Positions 1 through 8,307 of a stretch of 24,490 bases of DNA are shown piece by piece. This stretch comes from an uncultured virus (IMG/VR IMGVR_UViG_2912375805_000003). Taxonomy: Duplodnaviria > Heunggongvirae > Uroviricota > Caudoviricetes. The DNA lies in IMG/VR virus record IMGVR_UViG_2912375805_000003. One strand, given 5' to 3'. The notes beneath the pieces are model-generated. The model was given only the letters and a program-made list of their open reading frames with translations. It made no database searches and was not told the DNA's origin. Numbering within the stretch: position 1 is the first letter of the stretch; every line of letters begins with the position of its first letter. The translations under genes and the position numbers were made by a program.

Positions 1-120
1 CGAACCTTTTGATTTCAATGCTTCGTTAATCAGTCGTTCGCTCTCGCTTGAATAGCGTTCCATCCGCACAAGAAGTTCATCATGTCCATTTATTTTTAGC
101 TCCCAACTATTTTTAGCCAT
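1..120 (-). CDS. N-terminal part of a putative neck/tail-completion protein (HK97 gp10-like position), truncated by the window edge
   Basis: ATG at 120 overlaps the upstream stop; reads MAKNSWELKINGHDELLVRMERYSSESERLINEALKSKGS; follows the head-tail genes. Confidence 0.55.
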   Translation of the reverse strand, partial: MAKNSWELKINGHDELLVRMERYSSESERLINEALKSKGS

Positions 121-514
121 GACAATCACTCTTCAATAATCGTCTAAACGTAAATACCAATTGATCGATATAGCGATCTTGGTTCTCTAGTTTTAAATGA
201 TTGGGATCCATTCTCTGAAAACGAATCGAACGATTTTGAATCAATGAAATAATATCTAGTGAGTCTCCTGTTAAATCTTCTCTATTTTCTGAATAGAAAG
301 TTAGATATAGATTTTGACCCACGCTATATTTTGGCTCAGTGATCATTTCTATTTCTCCTGTTTCGAGAATGAAGTAATTAAAATCATCAGGTAGCTCATC
401 CTCGCCTACGGAGTCTTGAAAGAGTTTGAGGCCAAAATGCTCTTCTAAGGAAGTTTTGATAGCAGAAATTTGCTTATTTAAACGTTCTTTTTCTTTAGAA
501 TTATCAATCACCAT
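113..514 (-). CDS. Putative head-tail/tail-terminator structural protein
   Basis: 133 aa from MVIDNSKEK, overlapping the upstream stop; size and position in the head-tail cluster. Confidence 0.55.
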   Translation of the reverse strand: MVIDNSKEKERLNKQISAIKTSLEEHFGLKLFQDSVGEDELPDDFNYFILETGEIEMITEPKYSVGQNLYLTFYSENREDLTGDSLDIISLIQNRSIRFQRMDPNHLKLENQDRYIDQLVFTFRRLLKSDCHG

Positions 515-857
515 ATTCACCCACACTTTCAAGATAAAAATAGATATAAAAATTATCGTAATCGGCATAGATAACGTTGTAACGCATACTATCGATTACG
601 ATAAAATATTGATCTTTATTAAATTTCTTGGCGATTGGATGAAATGGAGTCTTTACTTTCTTAGTTAATTTCGATCCCATCGCATCCATAGCTGTTATAT
701 CACTATCTCTCATGGAAAGATTTCTAAATTTTAAAGAAGTGATTTCTGTATCTTCTACACCAATCTTTTTTCCTAGTTCATTTCTTTTGGTAGTTTGCGT
801 CAAAATCTTTAACCAACCATCGTTGAATGTTTCTTCGAGTCTACGATTATTCGCCAT
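504..857 (-). CDS. Putative head closure (head-tail adaptor) protein
   Basis: 117 aa, beta-rich pattern (TFNDGWLKI...IVIDSMRYNVIYAD), directly after the connector gene. Confidence 0.7.
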   Translation of the reverse strand: MANNRRLEETFNDGWLKILTQTTKRNELGKKIGVEDTEITSLKFRNLSMRDSDITAMDAMGSKLTKKVKTPFHPIAKKFNKDQYFIVIDSMRYNVIYADYDNFYIYFYLESVGEYGD

Positions 858-1158
858 TCACATCACCTGCAATATATTCTTGTAGCGCATAATGTTGAAT
901 GAAACCTAATAACTCACTAGCGAAATTTTGTTCAAACTCATCTAAAGCACGATTCCAGTCGTATCTACATCTTTCGATTAGCAATCCGTATTCTAAGCTT
1001 TCAGGAGAAAAAGAAAGTGTTGTACTCACTTTACTTTGAAGATAAACAGCATTTTTAGCTATCATCTTTTTAATTGACTCATCTTCTTCGTTCCAGGTAA
1101 CGTAAATATTATCCTTCACAGCTATTAGCAATTCTTCAGTCACTTGTTCAGGCGTCAT
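847..1158 (-). CDS. Putative head-tail connector (gp6/gp15-like)
   Basis: 103 aa helical protein with VKDNIYVTWNEEDESIKKMI and LLIERCRYDWN motifs; first adaptor gene after the capsid. Confidence 0.75.
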   Translation of the reverse strand: MTPEQVTEELLIAVKDNIYVTWNEEDESIKKMIAKNAVYLQSKVSTTLSFSPESLEYGLLIERCRYDWNRALDEFEQNFASELLGFIQHYALQEYIAGDVNGE

Positions 1159-2030
1159 CTAACCACCGCCTTAATTGCTTTAACATATGCGTAAGAGCAT
1201 TTTTTCTTGTTTACAAATGATAAATCTTCATCAAAAGGCGTAGAAGTCACGTATCTCCCTTTGAAAAATAAATCTTCATCGTTTGTTGTTACTCCAGCAT
1301 TGTGTAAGATTTTTACTTCTTTAACTTTTTCTATTGGATCAGTAGCAAAACAAAAGTCTAATTCCTCGTGAACTTTAGGACCAATATTGAAATACATCAT
1401 GTTCCAAAGCTGTGCCCACATCTCGGCTGTCCAGATTTGTATATTTGTTTTTTGCCCTCTAAGGTAGCGATATAGCCGATTAGAATCCAGATAAACCTTT
1501 TTCCAATAATTCGCTTTAGGACGGTTAATAACCCACTGTGCGCCTCCTGAATTAGTGTTTATAGTTTCCAAAGATTCTACTGTAACATTTACAATGTTTG
1601 CCATATCTTTTAGAATATTTTCTCCGTTTTCACAGCTTCTAATATAATCAAGACTTAGATAACTACAGCAGTCGCTACAATACCAAACATCATCTTTAGA
1701 AGGCAATTTGCGCAAATTAATTCTTTTATTGAAAATGACATCCGAATCGATATAGAAATATCGGTCGTCCTCACGCGAATGATCTTCTTCTAAATATTTC
1801 CACCATAAATATGGTTTAATCGAAGGAATATACTCTTTGTCGTCCCGCAGATCATCGTACACATGAACTTCAACACCATATTCCTTCTCAAAAAAAATAG
1901 GAATCTGATCATCGTGTCTGCTGAAAAGCAATACGATATCTTTGATTCCTAGTTTCTTCAGATTAGTTAAACAAACTTCAAGCTCCCATTTAAACCGATT
2001 GATTGCCGGCTGACAAAGAATATACTTCAT
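1155..2030 (-). CDS. GT-A fold glycosyltransferase, similar to peptide O-glycosyltransferases (GT95/GT96-like)
   Basis: DxD motif after a hydrophobic strand (YFYIDSDVIF), plus YIPSIKP, SGGAQW, WTAEMWA and C-terminal ILHNAG. RBS AGGTGA overlaps the capsid stop and ATG is at 2030; the ORF is open from 2039. Confidence 0.8.
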   Translation of the reverse strand: MKYILCQPAINRFKWELEVCLTNLKKLGIKDIVLLFSRHDDQIPIFFEKEYGVEVHVYDDLRDDKEYIPSIKPYLWWKYLEEDHSREDDRYFYIDSDVIFNKRINLRKLPSKDDVWYCSDCCSYLSLDYIRSCENGENILKDMANIVNVTVESLETINTNSGGAQWVINRPKANYWKKVYLDSNRLYRYLRGQKTNIQIWTAEMWAQLWNMMYFNIGPKVHEELDFCFATDPIEKVKEVKILHNAGVTTNDEDLFFKGRYVTSTPFDEDLSFVNKKKCSYAYVKAIKAVVR

Positions 2031-2039
2031 TCTGATCAC

Positions 2040-3200
2040 CTACGCTTGTGTTGTAGTTGTTGTGGTTGTTGGTTTTGTAGTTGTAGTAGTAGTTCCCAAA
2101 GCGCTAATATCTAATACAATGAAACTATCGTTACGTTTAGGTTGACCGTTTGCATATTGTTTAGCTAGATAAATGCGTTCGTCTTCAACAAAATGGTATT
2201 CATCTGAAGCTTCAATTTTTAGTGTAGATCCTACACCCATGAAGTAATCTGAGGCTACCCCAATAACTGCTTTTCCTTCTGGCACAGCCGTTGACTGCAA
2301 ATCTGAAACTGGTACTGGCAATACTTGTACGTATTCTCCATTAGCAGTTAGTACAGTCTTAGCTGGGAATACTTTAGACCAGTAATCAGTTGGATTCACA
2401 ATTAGGACCACATCAGAAGGATTCACATTACGATAAATCGGATCATTCACACCTTCGATATTGAATTTTGATAGTCGCGCCATCAAACCGCCCATAGTTA
2501 CAGCATCTAAAGCTGTAATAGGTTCTGCTTTTTTTTCAGCATATTCTCCGCTAGTTTGTTTGCTCATGTCACGCATCATTCCGACTGGCATATCTTTACC
2601 AGTACCATCAACAATTGCTTGTTCTAATGCAATTCTCAATGATTCTACTAAAACAGTACGGACATAACGATCTAACCATACTGGACCTAAATCAAGCATT
2701 GCCTTACATACAGGAATATAACCTGATAGCTTGAACTGCTTCATGTTAATTACATCAAAGCCATTATCTAAAACTTTTTTAACAGCTTCGCAAAGTTTAC
2801 CCCACCATGCTGGATTGACTCCACGTGACACAATCCATTCTGTTACACCAGTTGTGTTAACAAAAGTAATTTTTTGCAATAGTGGATGAGATTGTTCTAA
2901 ATCTTCAAATACACGTTCAAATACAGTAGCTGGCACTAATTCTTCGACCCCTGCAAAACCTTCGTTTTTCACTACTTCGTTATAGAATTTTGTTTCTTGT
3001 GTAGTTAATACACGCTGACCACGGTTCATTAATACTAATTGATCTTGATTTTTTGCTGTTGCTTCTTCTAAAATTTTATCCTGAATTTCCTTAGATAAGC
3101 TTACCATAGCTGCGCTAAAAGATTCTTCGTTACCATCTTTAAAAGCTTTCATCAATTGGTCGCTTGCAGCTGTTACACCTTTTAAATTTTTAACTGTCAT
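2040..3200 (-). CDS. Major capsid protein (HK97 fold) with C-terminal poly-Thr tail
   Basis: 386 aa after the ClpP protease; LVPATVFERVFEDLEQSHPLL and AIVDGTGKDMPVGM motifs; ends GTTTTTTKPTTTTTTTQA. Confidence 0.95.
   Translation of the reverse strand: MTVKNLKGVTAASDQLMKAFKDGNEESFSAAMVSLSKEIQDKILEEATAKNQDQLVLMNRGQRVLTTQETKFYNEVVKNEGFAGVEELVPATVFERVFEDLEQSHPLLQKITFVNTTGVTEWIVSRGVNPAWWGKLCEAVKKVLDNGFDVINMKQFKLSGYIPVCKAMLDLGPVWLDRYVRTVLVESLRIALEQAIVDGTGKDMPVGMMRDMSKQTSGEYAEKKAEPITALDAVTMGGLMARLSKFNIEGVNDPIYRNVNPSDVVLIVNPTDYWSKVFPAKTVLTANGEYVQVLPVPVSDLQSTAVPEGKAVIGVASDYFMGVGSTLKIEASDEYHFVEDERIYLAKQYANGQPKRNDSFIVLDISALGTTTTTTKPTTTTTTTQA
2049..2093 (-). repeat. Thr-codon repeat encoding T6-K-P-T7
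   Basis: 13 Thr codons (ACT/ACA/ACC mixed) among 15 codons just before the capsid stop. Confidence 0.95.
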
Positions 3201-3886
3201 TATTTTACATCTCCTTGTCCAAATGTTTTATTTAATGCTGCTGTAAATGCAGCAATTTTTTCTGCTCTTTTTTCTTTAACGTCATTCAAAATTTCTTCAA
3301 CGCTTTGTTCTTTTTTAGCTTCAGTACCTGAGCTATTTTCTGCATCGATAATTTCATCGACCAATCCATAACTCAAAGCTGTTTCTGCATCCATAAACGA
3401 TTCTTTTTCAAGAAGTTCTTGCAATGCTTCATCTGTGCCATTGAATCGTGTTTTATATGAAGCCTTTACCGATTTATCAATTGATTCCAGTTGGTCAGCA
3501 ATCGTACGGAAGTCATCGACATTTCCTTCTCCGTATGTGGAAGCGCGGTGAATCATCAATTGTGCATTGTTGTAGATTTTTATAGTATCGCCAGCCATTG
3601 CGATAATTGAAGCAGCACTAGCGGCTAAGCCGTTAATCACAACGTTAACTTTTGCTTTATTTGACTTAAGTAAGTTCCCAATAGCAATCCCTTGAAATAC
3701 GTCTCCACCGTTTGAATTAATTACTACTTCAATTTCTTCTTGATCACCTAGACTATCCAAAATATTTTTGATTCCCTTGTCAGTATTCCCTTCAAAGAAC
3801 CAACTAGAACCAATAAATCCCTGAATAAAAATTTGCGGTACTGCGCCTTCATTCTTTACTGCTAGAAATGTTTTCATTGTCGTCAT
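3200..3886 (-). CDS. ClpP-type prohead maturation protease
   Basis: INSNGGDV, GLAASAASII (catalytic Ser), LMIHRA (His) and EALSYGLVDEI-like motifs; RBS AGGAGGTG before ATG 3886. Confidence 0.93.
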   Translation of the reverse strand: MTTMKTFLAVKNEGAVPQIFIQGFIGSSWFFEGNTDKGIKNILDSLGDQEEIEVVINSNGGDVFQGIAIGNLLKSNKAKVNVVINGLAASAASIIAMAGDTIKIYNNAQLMIHRASTYGEGNVDDFRTIADQLESIDKSVKASYKTRFNGTDEALQELLEKESFMDAETALSYGLVDEIIDAENSSGTEAKKEQSVEEILNDVKEKRAEKIAAFTAALNKTFGQGDVK

Positions 3887-5027
3887 TCGCCTCACCTCCT
3901 TTCGATACTTGTTGATTGTTTTTAGTTATAAATATTTCATCTGCCATCGCCTTATCAGAGCGATCATTTCCAACGCGTTCTCTTCCTTCGTTGATTGTAA
4001 ATACTCCATTTCTAATGCCTACATCAATAGCGTCAACCAAATCTTTGAAGCTAGTAATCTTGATCATAGTTGTATCCACACGTACAAAATTCCCTGACAA
4101 GTATTCTTCTACTTCATAGAGACTAGCGTTAAACGCATCCTGAATAAGTTCAGCAATCGGTATGATTTCGAACATTAAAAAAGCGTCCACTTGATCCGAT
4201 AACCCACTCATGTCTCCCTTTAGTAGGTTTTTCGGAACGTGAAACGCTGCTGCTGTCATCTCAAAGATGTCGTCTATTAAGTTTTTTATATCTCTTGAAT
4301 TGCTTTGGAAGTTTCCGCTGAAATCTTCTAATGTGTACTCATTTTGTAATTGAAATACCGCACCTGCATTATCAGCTTCCATAAAAGCCTTAAATTGTGA
4401 TGTCATCATTTTATTGATTTGATCTTGTGTTGTATTGTCTTGCGGTCGGAATAAATTCCCTTTCAGTACGTATCTACGAGCGTTAGAGCGCTTGTAAACA
4501 TTCATGGCACTAGAAATGAGTTTCCCATACGCTTGATAATACGCATCGACTAGTTGCCTAATTTGTTGATCTGCGTATTTTATATAGATAACATCACTTT
4601 CTAGAAATTCTCTATCAAGGACTATGTTGTTAATTTGCACTTGAGAAAACACATCATCTTTCAATGCATATTCTGTGACATCCCAACTATCCGCAATAAA
4701 TATTTCGCTAGAATTATTAGACGGAGAAACGATCAATACTTCATTGTAGAATATTAATCTCCTGATCAGTTTTTTTCTAAATTCTGTTGCATTATTTTTC
4801 TTATTAGGAGCTACATTCAGCCTATAGTAAAGATCATTCTTTTTATTTTTTCCATCTTCATATGACTTGAATTCCGCTTTACTCATCGCATTTGCAATCA
4901 AATCAATACAAGTTTCAATCGCAAATTTTCGATACACAAAATCAACTTGCAATTTACAAAAGTATTCTTCTAAAGGAACCGTTGCTTTTTTTGTGAAGTA
5001 TCCTACCGCCTTTTGAAAAATCCCCAC
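3849..5027 (-). CDS. Portal protein (HK97 family)
   Basis: About 392 aa between TerL and the protease; CIDLIANAMS, LNVAPN, AAAFHVPKNLL and FTINEGRERVG motifs; GTG start after AGGAGGTG. Confidence 0.92.
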   Translation of the reverse strand: MGIFQKAVGYFTKKATVPLEEYFCKLQVDFVYRKFAIETCIDLIANAMSKAEFKSYEDGKNKKNDLYYRLNVAPNKKNNATEFRKKLIRRLIFYNEVLIVSPSNNSSEIFIADSWDVTEYALKDDVFSQVQINNIVLDREFLESDVIYIKYADQQIRQLVDAYYQAYGKLISSAMNVYKRSNARRYVLKGNLFRPQDNTTQDQINKMMTSQFKAFMEADNAGAVFQLQNEYTLEDFSGNFQSNSRDIKNLIDDIFEMTAAAFHVPKNLLKGDMSGLSDQVDAFLMFEIIPIAELIQDAFNASLYEVEEYLSGNFVRVDTTMIKITSFKDLVDAIDVGIRNGVFTINEGRERVGNDRSDKAMADEIFITKNNQQVSKGGEANDDNENISSSKE

Positions 5028-5046
5028 TTTCTCACCTCCTTTCAAG

Positions 5047-6741
5047 TTAGAATACTAGAGGAGTAAATCCAGTTCCTGTATTTTCTACTGAGCTATTTGT
5101 GACTGTTACAGGAGCAGAATCATAAATATCATCTAAAAAATTCAAACCATGAAGGAATGAAAAAAAGCCATCCGTTTTTCTAGTTTCAGGTTCTATTTTT
5201 TCATAGCGTATATTTCCATTAGAAATATGCTCTTCATATACATTCATGCAATACCAACGCATAATCGCATCGTCACCAAAAAATAAACGTTGATTAATAA
5301 AAAGGTCATCAACCAGATCTTTTAACATACCATGTGTAACAGATCCGCTTCGAACAATTTCCACAGTAAAACCTGCTTCTTCTAAAGCGGGCTTCAATAT
5401 TTTTGCACGGTACATATCCATAGCGATTTTTTTAATATAATATTTATTACTCATTTCAAGAAACCAACCTACAATATAATCAGCTTCTATATTTTTTCCA
5501 TGAACGATCTGTGATTTTCCTTGATCTATAGAAATATCTATAACCTCTCGTTTGATGTTTTGTAATCGAAGGGCTGATTCGTGGATAAAAGTATGTTGTG
5601 TAAAATAAACATCTTTATCGTATTTTCCTAGCAACCCAACGCTGGCAAAATCTCGTCTATCAGCAAAATCGACTGTTCCTATCACTTCATCCATTTTTTC
5701 AGGAAATTCTTTTTCTTTCGTATGCAGAACATCATCATATGAAGCAACAGCAAATCGTGTATCTTCCATAGGTCTGTTCATTCGTTTGGTCATGAACGTA
5801 AGTCTTAAACCAGCATTACGTTGCATTTGAGAGTATTCTTGAAACATTTTCCGTTTTAAATCTGCATTGTAATTAATAGTTGGACAAGCTTTTTCCCACA
5901 TGTCGGGATCATCAACTTCATTATCGTTATCCAAGCGACAAATAAATGGAAACAAACTAGAAAATTCTGCTCCATCCTTGTCAATTCCAAGTTCTCCAGA
6001 AAGAATCATTTTTGATTCTTCTATAATGTCATCAAGCGGACCACCACGAACATGACCATTAGTTGTATCATAAAATTCTCTATAATCTCGAATTTTACCA
6101 CCACCAGAAGTAGCCACATTTATCATTGAATAATCTTCATTTTCGTGAATTTCATCAAAGCGGTTTGCACCTGGTCGCTTCCCATCTTTTGTTCTAGCAT
6201 TTGCCGTGTTATAACGAAGTTTGCTGTTTGTAGCGATATTTTGAATAACTTCCTTCGTAGCTTTAAATACTTTTTTATCTAAATCAGGATGATCTTTAAT
6301 TACTTTAAATACATCATCAAAACTAGTCTTTGCTTGGCTTTCATTATTGGCATAGATATCAATATCATAATTTTTAATACCGTGTTTAGCGGTTAGTAGA
6401 AAGAAGTTGTTCCAAGAAGCAAAACCAGTTTTACCATTACCACGTCCCATTAATGAAAGATATCTATTGAACACTAGTGTTTTATCTTTTTTCCATCGAA
6501 CACCATAAATAAAACATTGTAGAAATTTTTCCCACGGAATTAATTCGAATGGAAAGTATTGTGCTGGTATATTGATTGAATCCTCTACCATCTGCTTATC
6601 GAAGTAAATATCTTCTCTAGTAAAGACTCTTTCTTCTAGATAATTTTTTAGCAATAATTGCTCTTTGCATACCTTGATAGTGCCTTCTTCTATAGCTTTG
6701 AACCAATTTTCAATATGCTTATAACTCAGGAATTGATTCAT
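5047..6741 (-). CDS. terL: Terminase large subunit
   Basis: Walker A GRGNGKT, Walker B RFDEIH, nuclease acidic residues (VDFADRRD, KTDGFF). Confidence 0.95.
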   Translation of the reverse strand: MNQFLSYKHIENWFKAIEEGTIKVCKEQLLLKNYLEERVFTREDIYFDKQMVEDSINIPAQYFPFELIPWEKFLQCFIYGVRWKKDKTLVFNRYLSLMGRGNGKTGFASWNNFFLLTAKHGIKNYDIDIYANNESQAKTSFDDVFKVIKDHPDLDKKVFKATKEVIQNIATNSKLRYNTANARTKDGKRPGANRFDEIHENEDYSMINVATSGGGKIRDYREFYDTTNGHVRGGPLDDIIEESKMILSGELGIDKDGAEFSSLFPFICRLDNDNEVDDPDMWEKACPTINYNADLKRKMFQEYSQMQRNAGLRLTFMTKRMNRPMEDTRFAVASYDDVLHTKEKEFPEKMDEVIGTVDFADRRDFASVGLLGKYDKDVYFTQHTFIHESALRLQNIKREVIDISIDQGKSQIVHGKNIEADYIVGWFLEMSNKYYIKKIAMDMYRAKILKPALEEAGFTVEIVRSGSVTHGMLKDLVDDLFINQRLFFGDDAIMRWYCMNVYEEHISNGNIRYEKIEPETRKTDGFFSFLHGLNFLDDIYDSAPVTVTNSSVENTGTGFTPLVF

Positions 6742-7033
6742 TTGCTTCACCTACCAATTCAGGAGTAATGGCAAGTTTATCCAACATCAATCCCATTTGT
6801 TTGTTGACAGAAACAAGCAACGCTACTGATTCATTCTTTTTACCATTCTCCAGTCTAATGCCGTTCTCGGATATATCTTCTTCCAGTGATATCGCCGTTT
6901 CCCATAAACTGATATAACGATCAACATTATCTAAGAATGGCTCAATATTTGTTTTCTGACTTTCCAATTGGCTTATTAAAGAGCGGCGTAATTTTTCTCT
7001 GTAGCGATTTTGAGACAATTCGTTTTTAAACAT
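6719..7033 (-). CDS. terS: Terminase small subunit (P27-like)
   Basis: 104 aa directly upstream of terL; VDRYISLW...DISENG...KKNESV...NKQMGLMLDKLAITP pattern. Confidence 0.85.
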   Translation of the reverse strand: MFKNELSQNRYREKLRRSLISQLESQKTNIEPFLDNVDRYISLWETAISLEEDISENGIRLENGKKNESVALLVSVNKQMGLMLDKLAITPELVGEANESIPEL

Positions 7034-7074
7034 TTTAGCCCTCCTTTCATGATAAAGTTCGAAAAAATCTCTTT

Positions 7075-7140
7075 TCCTGACAGCCCCCTCCGTTTCATCA
7101 CCCCCAAAAAATTTGCGATTTATTTTAAGGGGGGGTTATC
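7075..7140 (-). other. Candidate cos (cohesive end) region
   Basis: GC-rich island in the intergenic space upstream of terS (minus strand CCCCCCCTTAAAA...GGGGG...ACGGAGGGGGC); typical position for cos in HNH-TerS-TerL phages. Confidence 0.55.
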
Positions 7141-7417
7141 TCACCATCGGAATGAAAGCTTCAGCGAAGTCAATGTAATAATTAATCTCTTCAATACTAT
7201 ATCCAAAAACATTTTTTATTCTTTCGACGTTATTATCTTTATTCAACGCTTCTCTTACTTGATTCACTTTGTATTTACTACAACAGTTATCTGATAACAG
7301 ATCCCTAATACCTACATAGCGAACGTATATCAAACGTTTAATTAATCCCTGAGTATAAGATGAATACTCTTCAATCTTTTCTGTATCATACTCTCTGCCA
7401 TTATCATTGATGATCAT
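7136..7417 (-). CDS. Hypothetical protein between HNH and cos
   Basis: 93 aa from MIINDNGREY with RBS AAAGGTGG. Confidence 0.7.
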   Translation of the reverse strand: MIINDNGREYDTEKIEEYSSYTQGLIKRLIYVRYVGIRDLLSDNCCSKYKVNQVREALNKDNNVERIKNVFGYSIEEINYYIDFAEAFIPMVR

Positions 7418-7421
7418 GCAC

Positions 7422-7766
7422 TTACCACCTTTCACTTGCATCGAAGTTAGCAAAGCTTTCTATCTTCTTCTCTTGTTTATCTAATGCTGTAAGATATCTG
7501 CCATGAACTTCATTATGATGTTCAACACATAAACAAATAAGATTATCTAAATCTAAAGCTAAGTCAGGTCTATCCTTGACTTCCTTTATATGATGAACGT
7601 TCTCTACTCTATGATACTTACCTAGTCTTCTACACTCTTGGCATTCATAGTGATCTCGTTTCATCGCTTTCTCTCTAAGCCTGCGCCATTTAGGAGACTG
7701 ATAGAACTTAACCAAACGATCTTCTCTTGTCAACTGTAATAGCCATCTATAGAATTCCTCGGTCAT
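7422..7766 (-). CDS. Packaging-associated HNH endonuclease (HK97 gp74-like)
   Basis: FYQSPKWRRLR, RDHYECQEC, VHHIKE and NLICLCVEHHNEVH motifs; upstream of terS. Confidence 0.92.
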   Translation of the reverse strand: MTEEFYRWLLQLTREDRLVKFYQSPKWRRLREKAMKRDHYECQECRRLGKYHRVENVHHIKEVKDRPDLALDLDNLICLCVEHHNEVHGRYLTALDKQEKKIESFANFDASERW

Positions 7767-7791
7767 GTTCCGTCTCCTTTCGCAATCTTAT

Positions 7792-7959
7792 TTAATGCTT
7801 AGCTATTCTTTTGCCATACAATGGAATAACTTCATTGTTTTCCTTTCGTTTATATGTATCGCTCTTTATTGGTCTTCTATACTCATATACTTTTTCGCCA
7901 TTACCTTTATGAACAGTGATTACTTCATACTTCTGTTCTAAGTATTGTGGTCTATACAT
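7792..7959 (-). CDS. Small hypothetical protein (55 aa), not in the ORF track
   Basis: Strong RBS AAAGGAGG, then MYRPQYLEQKYEVITVHKGNGEKVYEYRRPIKSDTYKRKENNEVIPLYGKRIAKH*. Confidence 0.7.
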   Translation of the reverse strand: MYRPQYLEQKYEVITVHKGNGEKVYEYRRPIKSDTYKRKENNEVIPLYGKRIAKH

Positions 7960-7979
7960 TGTTGTTTCCTCCTTTGTGC

Positions 7980-8010
7980 AAAAATAAAAAGACCACTCAA
8001 AGAGTGATCT
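7980..8010 (-). terminator. Intrinsic terminator downstream of the tRNA-like RNAs
   Basis: Minus strand AGATCACTC-TTT-GAGTGGTCT followed by TTTTATTTTT. Confidence 0.75.
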
Positions 8011-8100
8011 AATATGTAATAGTAACTTGCACGATGCACAAAACGCGTACGAAATTGCGCACCCCTATATTTTTAAACCGCCGATGCCTCGGTTGCTTAA

Positions 8101-8199
8101 AGTCGCTGGAGTGGGATTGCACCACTCACGAGAACTTACCAGGCTCTCACGAGGCTACTCGCCATTTACCGCTGCGTCTTCTACTTCCGCCACAGTGAC
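8101..8199 (-). ncRNA. Non-canonical tRNA-like RNA 1 (extra hairpin; anticodon-like loop CT-GGT-AA)
   Basis: Acceptor GTCACTG/CAGCGAC; TG; D arm GCG-GAAGTAGAAGA-CGC; hairpins GCGAG/CTCGT and GAGAGC-CTGGTAA-GTTCTC; T arm GAGTGG-TGCAATC-CCACTC; no encoded CCA. Confidence 0.65.
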
Positions 8200-8307
8200 C
8201 GAAGCTTGGTGGTGTACAGATAGCACACTTACTACATTGCCGTACGTAGCACCGTATAGCTTCTTAACGATCTTTTTTCGGTAGTCGTAACCGTCATAGG
8301 CATTTAA

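Noticed and set aside
426..7294. Plus-strand ORFs 426-668, 2461-2667, 3909-4097, 3916-4119 and 7010-7294
   Set aside because: Antisense shadows of well-supported structural genes, without RBS or recognisable motifs.
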